Assembly: GCF_016432865.1 (NCBI RefSeq)
Contig: NC_067401.1
Span: 65,844,001-65,908,000 of the forward strand
Origin: Antechinus flavipes
Taxonomy: Eukaryota
Length of the DNA stretch: 64,000 nt
Reading direction: 5' to 3'
Shown piece by piece: positions 24,141 through 36,790 of this stretch. The notes below the pieces were generated by a model. The model saw nothing but the letters and a program-made list of their open reading frames with translations, ran no database searches and was not told the origin of the DNA. Position 1 is the first letter of the stretch; each line of letters starts with the position of its first letter. The position numbers and the translations under genes are program-made.

Positions 24141-26809
24141 TAAATTCTTTTTTCTAATCTAGTACTACTGGAATTTCATAAAAGATGGTTCTGGGTTTTT
24201 GTTGCAGTTTAGTCTCACTTTGAATCTATTATTAATACCTCAGCAATTGTAAAATTAAACTGGCATAATACTAGAAAACTCCACCATTCTGAATTTCCTC
24301 ATTTTTGAAGACTATCTCCTTTTCTAGAGATCAGTACTTAGAATAATACTCATCTTCTGGCTAAATATAAAACCTTGCAATCCAAACATATGCAGTCTAC
24401 TAGTATTGCTGAGAACAATCTTTGTCCCATGGGACTTAGCCATCCTTTCCTGGAATTTTTGAACACACGGTGTAAATTTCTTTTTACCTGGCAACACTAC
24501 TCCTAAATCCTAAGAGGGTTTCAATATAGTTTTTTCTGTCTTTCCCTCTCCCTTTCTCCTTCTCCTCCTCTTTTCTCTGACTTCCATTCTCTTTTTAATT
24601 CTCTTCTTCCCCCTTTTCCATTTTTTGTCTCTGTCTTTGTTCATCTCTCCATGACATCTTTTTCTCATTTTCATGAATGAGGCACCACACATTTGTTGCA
24701 AGTAGCTCATCAAGTAAAGTCGATGGCCCTATATCTCTCTTTAATATAATAATGCCCTGTTGTTGTCTGTTCTCTGCTTCTACACCAGAAGGATCCCAAG
24801 ACTTTATCATTTTTAACTCTGCTTTGCCATGTCCAATCTCTGTCTCCTCAGTCCCCATAACCTGCAGCTTCCTCTTCAGAAGAATTTCTGAAGCTATAGA
24901 GCCTCTTATACCTTTCAGTAAGCTTATCTCTTCAGAAACCCAAGTAAAATATTCTCAAATGATTCATTATATCGCTCTCCCCTTGATACTTCATACTTTC
25001 TTCTCTGATCAATCAGGTTCTGTGGAGACTAAATCAGTAACATCATTAATCATCTGGTTCAATTTCCATATTACTCCATCTTCAAAATGAACTTATTTCC
25101 CCTTGATATCTTTATATTCTTTTGCAATTTATCATGGGCCAATTAGAATTCTGTGAACACAGACACATAATCCTGAAGACAGTTACTTTTTTTTCCCCAC
25201 AGCCACTAAAAGAATGGATTGTTAAGGCCTTTTGTCTGTTTATCAAAATACTTTCCCCACCTTGTCAAATATGTCTTAAGTTTCTCATTGTATTTGGAAT
25301 CCCAGCAGTTGGATGTAGAGTCACATTTATCAATCCCTCTCATTTCTAAGTGCTCCCAGTCAGTATCTCCTGGTTTCTGCCCTGAACTAAAAGAGATACC
25401 CAAGAGATCTGGCAGATCAGAGGATCATAGCTACAGAGATAGAAGAGATCACAAAACACAACCAATCCAAGCTTCTCAATATACAAATGAGCAAATTGAG
25501 ATCCGAGATTTAGTGATTTGCCCAAGATCACGCATGCAGTAAGCTTCAGAGATGGAGTTTGAACTCAGGTTCTTTGTCTCCAAAGTCAGTTCTCTCTTGT
25601 GAAAAGTATCTTACAATTCTTGCCTATTCCCCTTGCTGACTGGGCCAAGATAGTAATATTTTTACTTTGCCTTTTATTTCAAGAAAGGGCTTTTGTTTCT
25701 AAATTGTCCTCTGGCTGGTCTGATGGGGATAGACAGATGTGTGTGTGTATCTTTATCAAGCAAGCAAAAGGCTTACATTCTAACAAGGGAAAATAATACA
25801 TAAAGGGCTGTGAGAGATGAGATGTGAGAGATGAGAGGTACAATTTATGAGTACATGATGAAGACACATCCAAAAAATGGTTTAAAAGCCTGGACCCCTT
25901 GGCAAGACAAGACAAAAACTTACAGAGAGAAAATGGCAAAAGAGTGGAAGGAAAATGAGAATGAAGATGATGGCTGGAGGGCAGTCAGTATGGTGAGGTA
26001 AAAGTCAAGGAAGTGAACTTGGAAAAATCCCTTAGCCTGTCAGGGTTTCCTTTTATAAAATGGAGACTTCAACTAGACGATGGCTAAGGTTCCCACCATA
26101 TCTAAAATTCTGTGATTCTATGACTATGTTAAAAGAATTATTAGACCAGAGGTATTTTTCTGGTCATTTCCTTGAGTTCCTGGACAAATTCCCAGATTTC
26201 AAGTAGTTTCAGTAATAAAATCCACAGAATCCATTCAGATTGTTATGACATAGAATGCTTGTTTAGAAGACTTTAAAAATCAGCTAGTACTTGAAATGAG
26301 TGAAGTAATAGGGCATGTAAATCTATTGATTCTGCTTACCTTAACCCAACAAAACACCCTCTCATCACTTACTGAAAAAGAAATATATTTCAGCCAGCAC
26401 CATTATTATAGCATGTTAGTTTCTCCAGGGCAGGCTCAAGATTGCTTATTCAGCTTTTCAATTAAAAACTCAGTTTTCTCCTATAAATCACTGAAATTAA
26501 ATTATGTAATATTTATAATCATATAATGCACTATTCATCCTCCTTCAGCACCTCCCCTACCCGTTGTACTTTTCATTCGCCAAAGGAAATTAATACTTTA
26601 AGATAATAGTTACAAAGTATTTAGAGATCAGTCACTGAATTTTAAGTTTAATATGGGTATTGACTTCACTAATTCTTAATTGCTTCACTGATCAATTGTT
26701 GTATTCCAGAAAAACTTCAGGCTTTTCTAGCCAAGTTCTTCTCTGTCCACCAGGGCTTATTATGTATCATAGTCATCCTCTCCTCCTTGTTACCTGGTTT
26801 TTTGTTTGG

Positions 26810-27015
26810 TGATTTCAGTCCTGTTCTCACCCTTCATAACCCCATTTGGAGTTTTCTCAGCAAAGATACTGGAATGTTTTGCCATCTCTTTCTCCAGCTC
26901 ATTTTACAGATGAACATCTGAGGTAAACAGACATAGCTTACGAGGATTTGGACTCATGAAGATGAGTCTTCCCGACTCTAGGTCTAGCATTCTATCCACT
27001 GCCACCTAGCTGCAT
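26810..27015. mobile_element. MAR1-type marsupial SINE (similar copies at about 13680-13800, 21500-21670, 38120-38350, 49880-50020)
   Basis: GCAAAGATACTGGAATGTTTTGCCATCTCTTTCTCCAGCTCATTTTACAGATG...GAAGATGAGTCTTCCCGACTC MAR1/MIR-core signature. Confidence 0.65.
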
Positions 27016-27082
27016 CTCTTACCTACTAGCTCTGCCTTTCTGTCTGGAATCCACTACCCAACCCCCTATATCTGGAACTTTC

Positions 27083-27447
27083 TTGTTATCTCTTCCATAT
27101 TGTAGGAGTTAGGAGTACAGTACCCCTGTGATCTAGAAAATCCATATAAAATTTTTTCATACCAGAAAAGTTATAATTTTTTTTTAATTTTCATTTTATT
27201 TAGTGTTTATAATATCTTATGGTAAGTTTTGAGTTATTTGACCATAGGCTATACTATACAATACCACACTTTTATTTTAGGTATTTCCCAATTTCTAAAC
27301 TTTTTCCGTGCATCTGCTAGCTTTTGAATGTCATCTGTGTCTTCCACAAACCCCACTTCCACTCCAATTTCCATTTAATTTCTTATACAGACCCATGATA
27401 TATTGAAACTACAATGGGGAATATTGTGTTGGGGAAAGATAACTGTA
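27083..27447. mobile_element. Tc1/mariner (Tigger-like) MITE
   Basis: Inverted termini GTTATCTCTTCC... / ...GGAAAGATAACTGTA; resembles marsupial Tigger-type non-autonomous elements (from memory). Confidence 0.6.
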
Positions 27448-28060
27448 TTCTGGTCTAGATACTTCGTTTCTTAATTCTGACCCTAGAAATGGGAAACCAT
27501 TCAAGACTGTGAGGTCAAAACCCTACTCCTCCAAGACATCAGAGCAACTGAGAAGCTCCAGGAATCCAGGAGTCCCAAGAAAGACTTGATTATAACTATG
27601 CACTACATCTAGCTAAATTATCTATCACAGACTCTTACTTCCTATATGGAGCTAAAAATCACCTTCTTTGATCTTCTTTGAAGAAATCCTTAGTACCTTC
27701 CCTAATTTCTCTCCAGAGATGTTAAGCCCAGCCCCAGAGGATTATGATCTACCTAAATTTATGGGTGTTAAGTTCAGACCCTACAACACATAGGAGATTT
27801 AATGGTATATGGATGCAGCAGCAGGACCCAGACTGGGGCTGACTAGGTATAGCAAGTTACACAAGGGCACTCACCTATTCACATTTCAGCTCAAAGGTAG
27901 CCGTTCCAAAGATGAGTGGAATAATTTCCACAAATAGTTAAGGCACGGTTTCTCTAAAGTCTCTGTAGTTCCAGCATGCTCAGTTATTGTAACTCTAAGC
28001 CAAGGTACTAACACATACATGCACAAACACATTCCTTGGTTAATCCTGGAGTAGGCTTTT

Positions 28061-28126
28061 GGACATAAATATCAGTGTCATGCAGGAATCTATGGACATA
28101 AATATCAGTGTCATGCAGGAATCTAT
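28061..28126. repeat. 33-bp exact tandem duplication
   Basis: GGACATAAATATCAGTGTCATGCAGGAATCTAT x2. Confidence 0.95.
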
Positions 28127-28399
28127 AGGTAGATTACTTATTATTGTGAAGATAATCTTCACAGAGCTCTTCCTCCCATATATATCATTGCAAAGAGGCC
28201 ACCCCAGCTTTGACAGATCAGATGGGAAGGCTTCAAGCATAGGACTACATAGCTGCTACCCAAAGACTGGCACAACTAAATTGGAGATTATTGGCAGTTT
28301 GGCTCTGCTGGAGGAGAGATTACTTGGCCTGACAATTCTCAAACTATTAAGTTGTTAACTTGTGATCTGCACAAATACTCACCAAAAAATTTACTGATT

Positions 28400-28951
28400 T
28401 TATAAATTTAAAGTGACAAAAATAAAAATTTGATCAAAAATAAAAACTGATCTTACATGAGATTTGCGGCATTCACAAACTCAATTGCCAACCCACAACT
28501 AAGATTCTATGATGACATGATAGAACATTTTCTGTCTGTGGAATAAACCAATCTTTAGGGTGTGATGTTTTAGAGAGGAAAAAAGAAAGGAATATACCCT
28601 CATTGGTCCCCAAGCCCAAGTTACAATGGGAAACTACCTAACATTTGAACTGCTAAATAAAAGTGAGCTGCTTGATTATAAATTTAAAGTGACAAAAATA
28701 AAAATTTGATCAAAAATAAAAACTGATCTTACATGAGATTTGCGGCATTCACAAACTCAATTGCCAACCCACAACTAAGATTCTATGATGACATGATAGA
28801 ACATTTTCTGTCTGTGGAATAAACCAATCTTTAGGGTGTGATGTTTTAGAGAGGAAAAAAGAAAGGAATATACCCTCATTGGTCCCCAAGCTCAAGTTAC
28901 AATGGGAAACTACCTAACATTTGAACTGCTAAATAAAAGTGAGCTGCTTGA
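28400..28951. repeat. 276-bp direct tandem duplication
   Basis: 28400-28675 and 28676-28951 are essentially identical; one substitution noted (cccaagcccaag vs cccaagctcaag). Confidence 0.95.
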
Positions 28952-29667
28952 AGACTTCATTAGAAGTATTACTTCTGAGATTCTGTTATACAAACAATCT
29001 ACTTCCTTTAATTAAGAATTGCAACTTTTTTTGCTTGCAATTCTCATCTAACTTTCTACCTAACCTAGTACCTAATAATGTTCTACATGTTTGTTTATGG
29101 AATGTTAATTTGGCAACTTTTGTCTAAGAATTTCACAATTCCAAATTCGTTTCATTTTTCCTTTTGTTATATCAGGCTGATAAAACACTCTACATAATCC
29201 TATTCCATGTATCAGAAACATATCCACTGTATAAGATCACTAACAGAGACCATCTGATGATCTTTTCATCAACATTGTTTAATTTCTTACAAGGAAGCTA
29301 TAGCATCCTCATGAGTCCTTTACACCTTAAGTACTTCTTTTATCTTTCTAGTAATTTTGCACCTTAATTACACTTCCTTGGAATGGAGTCCAAGATGAAC
29401 CCAAGTTTTTTTACTACAAAAGATGCTCACCAAAAAATTTACTGATTTTATAAATTTATAAAATTTTATATTTTTAAATATAATTTTAAATAAATTTTTA
29501 AATAAAATTTTATAAATTTATAAAATAAAGATTATCTGTTATGAAATTTGCTTCATCTGAGCACTTGTTATTTACATTTAAATAGCCACCTGTAACTAGA
29601 ATGAACTAATGCTGTTTTACAAGTTTACCATAAGAACAAACTGCTGGTTTTGTTTGCCTAGAATTGC

Positions 29668-29673
29668 TTTATT
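29668..29673 (-). terminator. Candidate RTCA polyadenylation signal AATAAA
   Basis: First AATAAA I found on the RTCA strand after the stop, about 415 nt downstream; actual usage not verifiable from sequence. Confidence 0.45.
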
Positions 29674-30086
29674 AGTCTTCTTTAGATCAGATTTCAGCAA
29701 ACTGGATACAGAGATTAGATACAAATTAATTAAGGGCACATTCCCGTGCTACAAGTTACAGCATAGAAAGGAACCATTTCATAAGCACGCATCTTTTTGG
29801 TGAAACACGGGCTTCATTTCGAGATGTTCATACAGAAAATTAATTTTCCAGTCTCAAGCATTTGTCCTTGAATTCTAACAGTTCATTATACACATCTCAG
29901 TAAACATTCAAGGAAAGATTTATCAGGTGAAGCTTTTTCTAAACAAACCAAGAACACTCTGTACTTCATCTCTAAAATTAAGCTCGTTCATTTGATAAAT
30001 TACTCCCCATTCACCATCATGTACTATTTATCAACTGAAAGTTAGTGCAATCCATCATTGAGGTATCATAAAAAAAGACAAACATC

Positions 30087-30188
30087 CTACAAATGTGGAT
30101 TTGTCATTCCAATTCCTTGGCACTCAATAATGTAAGTTTCTTTAGAAGAATCATCTTCATCTTCTGATTTGTTCACAGTAAATTTGGC
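30087..30188 (-). CDS. RTCA: RTCA exon 11 coding part ([33 protein letters not shown])
   Basis: 102 nt; acceptor tgttttag; TAG stop at 30089-30087. Confidence 0.97.
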   Translation of the reverse strand, partial: AKFTVNKSEDEDDSSKETYIIECQGIGMTNPHL

Positions 30189-32914
30189 CTAAAACAAGAA
30201 AAATAAATTTAGCATATAATTTATATTAGGTGAATCACAGGAATAATCCTACAATTTCCTACCAAGTAAATAGGTGCTAATATTACTCTTTTTTGAGGAA
30301 GCTACAAAGATCAAGGGATTTATCAGGCATTATATATCATGACATAAAATATTCCTTTTAAAAAACTCCAGAGTTAGAAGATATCTCAGCAGCCACTAAG
30401 TTTAACCCATACTAGAAAAGAATTCCATTATGCCCAACAAATGTTCAGCCACACTCTATCTGAAAACCTCCAATAAAAGAGACCACTATCTCCTAAAGTA
30501 AACCAATACCCTTTAGGATAGCTCTAATTATTGTAAATTTTCTGTGACATGAAGCCTCACTTTATCAGTTTGCAAATTCTACCCACAGTTCCTGATAGAA
30601 CAGTTGTCCATGTTGACAGCACTTCAAATATCTGAAAAAAGCCAACAAGTCTCTCCTCCCCGCCCATAACTCCCCCCACCAGTCTTCTTTCTGTCAGGCT
30701 AATATCTTTTCTTTTAAGTGAACTTTATGTGGCCCTTCTTTAGACATTCTACAGCTTAACAATGTCTACTATGAAATGGGATGTATAGATCTTTATTAAA
30801 AAAAAAAATCCCAGATAAGTCTGACTAGGACAAAAATAAAGCAGAAATATAATTTCCCTAGTCAGTGCTGAATAGTATGTCTCTCAACATAGCCCCCAAA
30901 TGGGCTTTTCTAGTTGCTATATTACAGCATATTAATAAATTATATTGATATTGTTAGAACCCTTATGTCATTTTCAAAGAAACTGCTAACCTACTTATTA
31001 CTTTCATTCTGTATTTGTGAAGTAGTTTTCTAAGCCCAAGTGTAAGATTTTACATTTATCCCTATTTTACCTCATTTTACTGGTTCTCTGAGTCCACTTC
31101 TCAAGGCCATCAAAATCTTTTTGAAACCTGTCATTTGGTATATTAGCTGTACCTCTCACTTTTGTGACATCTACAAAGCTACTGAGCTTGCAATTTATAC
31201 TGATAAAAAATATTAAAGAGCAAAGGATCAAGTTTCTAGGTTCTCTGGGATATTTTCAATGGAGACCAACTGACTACCAAGCTGAAATTCTATATTAAAA
31301 AAACATTTGCCTATTCTAGCAGATTAGGGCATAACTGTTTACATTTCCTTCTCACATCAAGTATGACTTTAATTCCTATTACCCTTTTTCAACTACCTGA
31401 GCAAACCTGACCTTAACTCACATCAAGCCACTTATCAAAACATGATAGCACATAAAAAAATTTTAGGTGATTCTACAAGAGACAATACTAATGCTCCTTC
31501 TGAAAGCCCTCTTGATTCGTCCTCCCTATCAGCTGTGTTCCCTCTAACATTACTTCCTACTTACACTGCATATATTTTGTATGTACATAGTTATTTGCAT
31601 TTTCTCCCCCTCTTCCTTCCTCCCCCGAAAAACCCTTACTCCTTGAGAGTAGGGGCTGGGTTTTAATTTTTCTTTTATCTCCAAGAGTCTAACACAATGC
31701 CTGGCATATAGTGAACATTTCATAAGTGTTTGTTGATTAAATAAAGGTTGGGATTCAGATTTACTTCCTTCAAGTCTTACATCAATTAGTATCTATGGAC
31801 AAGGCACCAGGCAGTTGGGGCATGTGCTAGGCAGTTGGGGATAAAAAGAGATATGAAACCTTACCCACTCTGATCTCTCCTCCCTTTATAGCCAAACTCA
31901 TAGGGGAAAAAAAAACTGCCTGCAAATACTTCTTAGCTCTATTCCCCTCTCATTTTTTAATCCAGAGGGCAGAGCCAGGCATGAAGCCTTGCAAAGACAA
32001 CACATTTACATAAGGAAAGATATCTTAAAATTCAAAGTTTCCCAAAGTATGGAGCTTGTATGGAGAAGTTCTGGGTGCTCTACTCCTGGATGATTGGTCC
32101 CCAGGGGCAGTGTATCTGAGAGCAAAGATGCCTCTTTGTATGGGCTAGATCAGATGGGTCCAGAGTTCCTTCCCACTCTCAGACCCTGTGATTCTGGCAC
32201 AAGACAACCAGAAATGTTTTTTGGTAAGCATTCAAACAAGTGCCTATGGCACTTTCCCATAATTGAACAGGATTAAGTGTTTAATGAATAAACAAAGCTT
32301 GAGCACTCTGCTTATCAACTGGCATACATAAAGTTCTCCCATCACATTTATAGATTCACAACCTTGGTAACTCAACACCTCATCAGTACCCTCTACCCCT
32401 TGGAATGGAGATGGTCCCATGAGCTCCAAAAATCTCCATTTAATAAGGCCCATGAACTATCCTTTAATTTTCCCACAGGCTGACCAGACCTCCTTTGTAC
32501 TTCCTTGAATTCTGCCCTCTCTTCCTTTTCAGCTTCCTTTTGTGCTATTTTCTCTCATTATATTGTAAGCTTCTTGAGGGCAGGGACTATTTCTTTTTAT
32601 CTGGATGTTCAGCACTTAGCACAACATATGATGCATTGTAGATAATTAATAAATGTTTACTGACTAACAGGGGTGCAGTCTAGAGAAGAAAGGATAGAGA
32701 GAGGTACCAGATTAATAATTTCAACTTCCAGGAGAGAAAACTCTACTAAAAATTTCCCAATGACATTTTAATCTAGTTAAAGAATCTGACAATTCTGGTC
32801 TAAGGTACCAAAAGGTTAAGTGACTTGCCCACATGCCTCCTAGCCAGTATATATGAGACACGCAGAACATAAACCTAGGTCCTCCTAGTTCCTATGCTGG
32901 GTTCTGTCCTCTAC

Positions 32915-33140
32915 AACCAAAACTACATAAAATGTGGTTCTCGATCCTATATGGGATCATGTAATTGAATGTGGGGGTTGCAAAATTATGATCCAGTTAT
33001 CAGTAAATGTTTCATTTGTATACCTATTTTGCCATATATATTATATATGGTACCTATTGTACCATATTCCAGCAGTTGCATAAAAATTTGTCAGGCAAAA
33101 AGGGTGGCAAATGGAAAAAGTTTTAAGAAGCTCTGTTCTA
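32915..33140. mobile_element. hAT-type MITE in RTCA intron 10 (partial related copy at about 34700-34770)
   Basis: Two related segments share AAAATGTGG..CTTGATCCTATAT...TGCAAAATTATGAT; end GGAAAAAGTTTTAAGAAGCTCTG resembles a hAT terminal repeat. Confidence 0.5.
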
Positions 33141-33550
33141 GACCATGCTCCCTCTTTTAGGATTTTGGAATGTAAAGCTGAGACAAATTTCAGGTACACT
33201 ACACAGTGCCATAACCCTTTTAAAAAACTGAAATAATTATATTAAAACACATTAAAGATTCTAAAACCAACCATTGACAACAGTCAGATTTCCAGTTTCA
33301 GAAGAACACATTTCTAAGTATTCTTATTATTCTGGAACCCAATATGTACATGTTCTATTCTCCAGTTAAAAGAGAATCAGCAGGACAGAATTGGTTGCTT
33401 GCTGGATGAAGCTGCAATCTTTATCAGTGGATAGAATAAACCTACAGATGAAATCACAGATTCTAAAAAGTATATTATACTATTATTAGAAATAAGTTCA
33501 AATTATGATTACCACAAAACTAAGTAGTCTTCATCAATATATATACTTAC

Positions 33551-33655
33551 CTTGGTTAGTTGTTCAGCAAAATGTATGGCAGTTTGAGTATGGAGTGTAA
33601 TTGGTCCTGTTTTTACTCTAGAGACCCCACTGGCTAAGGCCATGAAAATGATCAG
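33551..33655 (-). CDS. RTCA: RTCA exon 10 ([35 protein letters not shown]), includes adenylated His320
   Basis: 105 nt; acceptor ttctgcag, donor GTAAGT; the H of LHTQT falls at residue 320. Confidence 0.97.
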
Positions 33656-34161
33656 CTGCAGAAAACAACAATAAAGAGAAAAACTTCACAAAATCAATAA
33701 TACCAAAGATGCAACTCTGCTCTTTCTCCAATTAAAAAAAGCTACCAGAAAGAATTGATGGGGGGGAGGTGAAGGAAGGGAGGGGAGTGTATTTTTAAGG
33801 GAAAAAAAACTATCATTTCAAATTTTTTTAATGAATGATTTAAGTCAAATCCAGCTTACAACACTATGTAAAAATTTGAATAAAGTAGGCAGGAATACTA
33901 ACAATGGCTTATTTTTACATAATAACCACAGGAGAAATAATAGTAGCTAGAAGTGTTTCCTATTATTACCTTATTTGAACTTCATAATAACTTTGTAAGT
34001 TAGTTAATATAATACTACCATCTTCATTTTTAAAATGAGGAAACAGAGGCTCTCTAAGATCTAAGTGATATTTACAAGGTCACACAGATGCTAACTTAGG
34101 CCTTTTGATCCTACATCCAGAGTCCTTTCCACTCAACTATACTGTTGGTATGTGAAATTAC

Positions 34162-34256
34162 CTGGTCCTGCAGATACTCATCCACAGCTCCCCCATGTCT
34201 CAGATTTCCCAGCAGCATCTCTGCAGCTTCAATTCCAACTTTGTCAGCAGATATGC
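34162..34256 (-). CDS. RTCA: RTCA exon 9 ([31 protein letters not shown])
   Basis: 95 nt; acceptor tgttttag, donor GTAATT; conserved VDEYLQDQ motif. Confidence 0.97.
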
Positions 34257-34478
34257 CTAAAACAGAGAAAGTGAAAGTGAATTAATTAGCAACAAAACAG
34301 GCAAAAAATCAGTAGTCAAGAAGTCAGTGTGCTGCTAATCTTTGGGGGCCAATTCAATCAGTATCTAGAGACTTAATTTTCATCTATTCTTTTATGAGAG
34401 ACTGGCATGTACATATGTGTGTGTATGTGTGTGTGTGTATGTAACTATGTATATGTGTGTATACACACATACACAATA

Positions 34479-34597
34479 AACAGGGTATACTAAAAGTCTT
34501 AGTACAGTTTTAAGTAAAAACTTACAAGTTTGTATATATAATACATATATTTGTTTAAATCTTAAAAACTACACCAAGTTTTTTGACATACCCTATA
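34479..34597. mobile_element. Small Tc1/mariner-type MITE in RTCA intron 8
   Basis: Imperfect terminal inverted repeats CAGGGTATACTAAAAGTCTTAGTACAGTTTTAAG / CTTAAAAACTACACCAAGTTTTTTGACATACCCTA. Confidence 0.55.
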
Positions 34598-35821
34598 TTT
34601 CAATTCTGACATGCACAGAGAATTCCTCTGGTCCTACCCAATTAATCATAATTTATAGCCCTTGACTACAAAGTTTAGCCTCTCATAAATTTCTGACTGT
34701 AACCAAAACTTCTTAAAATGTGGATCTTGATCCTATATAGGGTTATGTAATGCAAAATTATGATATTTCCTATTTTCAATTGCCAACAATAATGCAGACA
34801 TAGCTTAATCAGATTCTAAGATATAAAACAGTTCATTCACAAAAATTTAGTAAGTACCTACTATATGTCAGTTATTGTGTCAGTGAAATTGATAATATGC
34901 AATGAAACAGGACCTGACCTCAAGGGAGCTTACACACTATAATGAGGGGAAAATAGTACCTTCCAAGTATTATCTAAAACCCAACTAGAAAAATTCTCTT
35001 AACTCAAGTGTATAGTAAATCTTTCTTATGGTTTCTCAAAATGGAAACCAGATAATATTAGGACGATGTGCTAGACCATAGGCTTTAGACCTGGAAGGAA
35101 AAGCCAATCCAGCCACACAAACTATCTTCTGGGTATCTTGAACTGGATATTCTATAAGTATTCCAAACTCATTATGCCCAAAACTATTTTTACTTTTCCT
35201 TAAATACTCTTCCCAACTTTCCTATGTCAAGGATACCACCATCCTCCCAGTCAACTAGGGCTCATAACCTTGGTGTCATTCCCAATTCCTCACTTGCTTC
35301 AGCCTGCCTATCTCATGCATTGGCAAGGACTGTAATTTCCTTCTACACTGCATCTCACACATACATCTTGTTCTTTCCACTCATACATAACCACCATCTG
35401 ATTACCTTGGGCCTAGACACTTAAAGCATTCTCACTGACCATTCTAAGTCATCTCTCCCCATGCCAATACATTCTCCACTGACATGCCAAAGTAATTTTC
35501 CTAAAGCACAAGTACGATATCTCCCTGCCAATGACACCCAATTCAGTAAGTTGTAGGAGCTCTCTATTCCTTCCAGGATCAAATATAAATTTCTTTTATT
35601 CTTTTAAAGCCCTTCACAATCTGGACCCTCTCTAGTTTCACCACCTCCTTATGCTTCCATCACCTTTACTCTCCCCACTCTACATTCCAGCTACCCAGCT
35701 CCTGGCTATTTTTCACTCATGAAAACTTCCATCTCCTAACACTGTGGCCCCCTATGCCTAAAATGCTCTGCTTCTACACCTCAATCTCTTGGCTTCCTTG
35801 AAGCCTCAGTTCAACAGATAA

Positions 35822-36790
35822 TTTTCAGATGAAAAAATTAAAACCATTTCTAGCCATATAAAAAAATGCTCTATCTCACAATTAATCAGAGAAATACAAA
35901 TTAAGACAACTCTGCGGTATCACTATGCATCCCTCAAATTGACTAAGATGACAGGAAAAGATAATAATGAATGTTGGAGATGATGTGAGAAAATTAGGAT
36001 GCTAATACATTTTTGGTGGAGTTGTGAACTGAGCCATTCTGGAAAGCAATATAGAACTATGCCCAAAGGGCGATCAAACTGTGCATACCCTTTGATCCAG
36101 CAGTGTCTTTACTGGGCCTATATCCCAAAGAGATCATGAAAAAAGGAAAAGCACCCCCATGTGCAAAAATGTTTGTGGCAGCTCTTTTTGTAGTGGCAAG
36201 AAACTGGAAACTGAGTGGATGCCCATCAGTTGGGAAATAGCTGAATAAGTTATGCTAAATGAATGTTATGGAATATTATTATTCTGTAAGAAATGATCAA
36301 CAGGATGATTTCAGAAAAGCCTAGAGAGACATACATGAACTGATGCTGAGTGAAATGAGCAGAACCAAAAGACCATTATACATAGCAACAAGATTATGTG
36401 ATGATCAATTCTGATGGACATGGCTCTTTTTCAACAATGAGTTGATTCAAGCCAATTACAATTCCCTAGTTGGTGATGGAGAAAATCATCTGCATCCAGA
36501 AAGAAGACTGTCAGAACTGAATGTAAATCCCAACATAGTACTTTCATCTTGTTGTTGTGGTTTGCTTGCTTTTTTTTCATATTTTTTCTTTTTTGATCTG
36601 ATTTTTCTTGTGCGGCATAATGAATGCAGAAATGTGTATAGAATTGTACATGTTTAACATATATCAATTACTTGTTGTCTAGGGTATTGGGTAGGAGAAG
36701 GAAGGGAAAAAAATTTCTAACACAAGGTTTTACAAGGATGAATGCTGAAAATTATCTTTGTATATATTTTGAAAATAAAAAGCTAATTTT
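35822..36790 (+). mobile_element. L1 ORF2 C-terminus and 3' UTR in RTCA intron 8
   Basis: Recognisable marsupial L1 3' sequence (CWR-CEKIGMLIHFWWSCEL-like Cys-rich domain region; GAAATGAGCAGAACCA motif). Confidence 0.88.

Noticed and set aside
25831-26001. 56-aa plus-strand ORF MRGTIYEYMMKTHPKNGLKAWTPWQDK...
   Set aside because: Short, in purine-rich sequence that runs into a SINE; no recognised family or splice context.
28059-28358. ORF beginning MDINISVMQESMDINISVMQES
   Set aside because: The repeated peptide just reflects the 33-bp DNA tandem duplication; no coding evidence.
28061-28951. Direct repeats as a possible CRISPR-like array
   Set aside because: Eukaryotic DNA; the repeats are head-to-tail duplications with no unique spacers and no cas genes.
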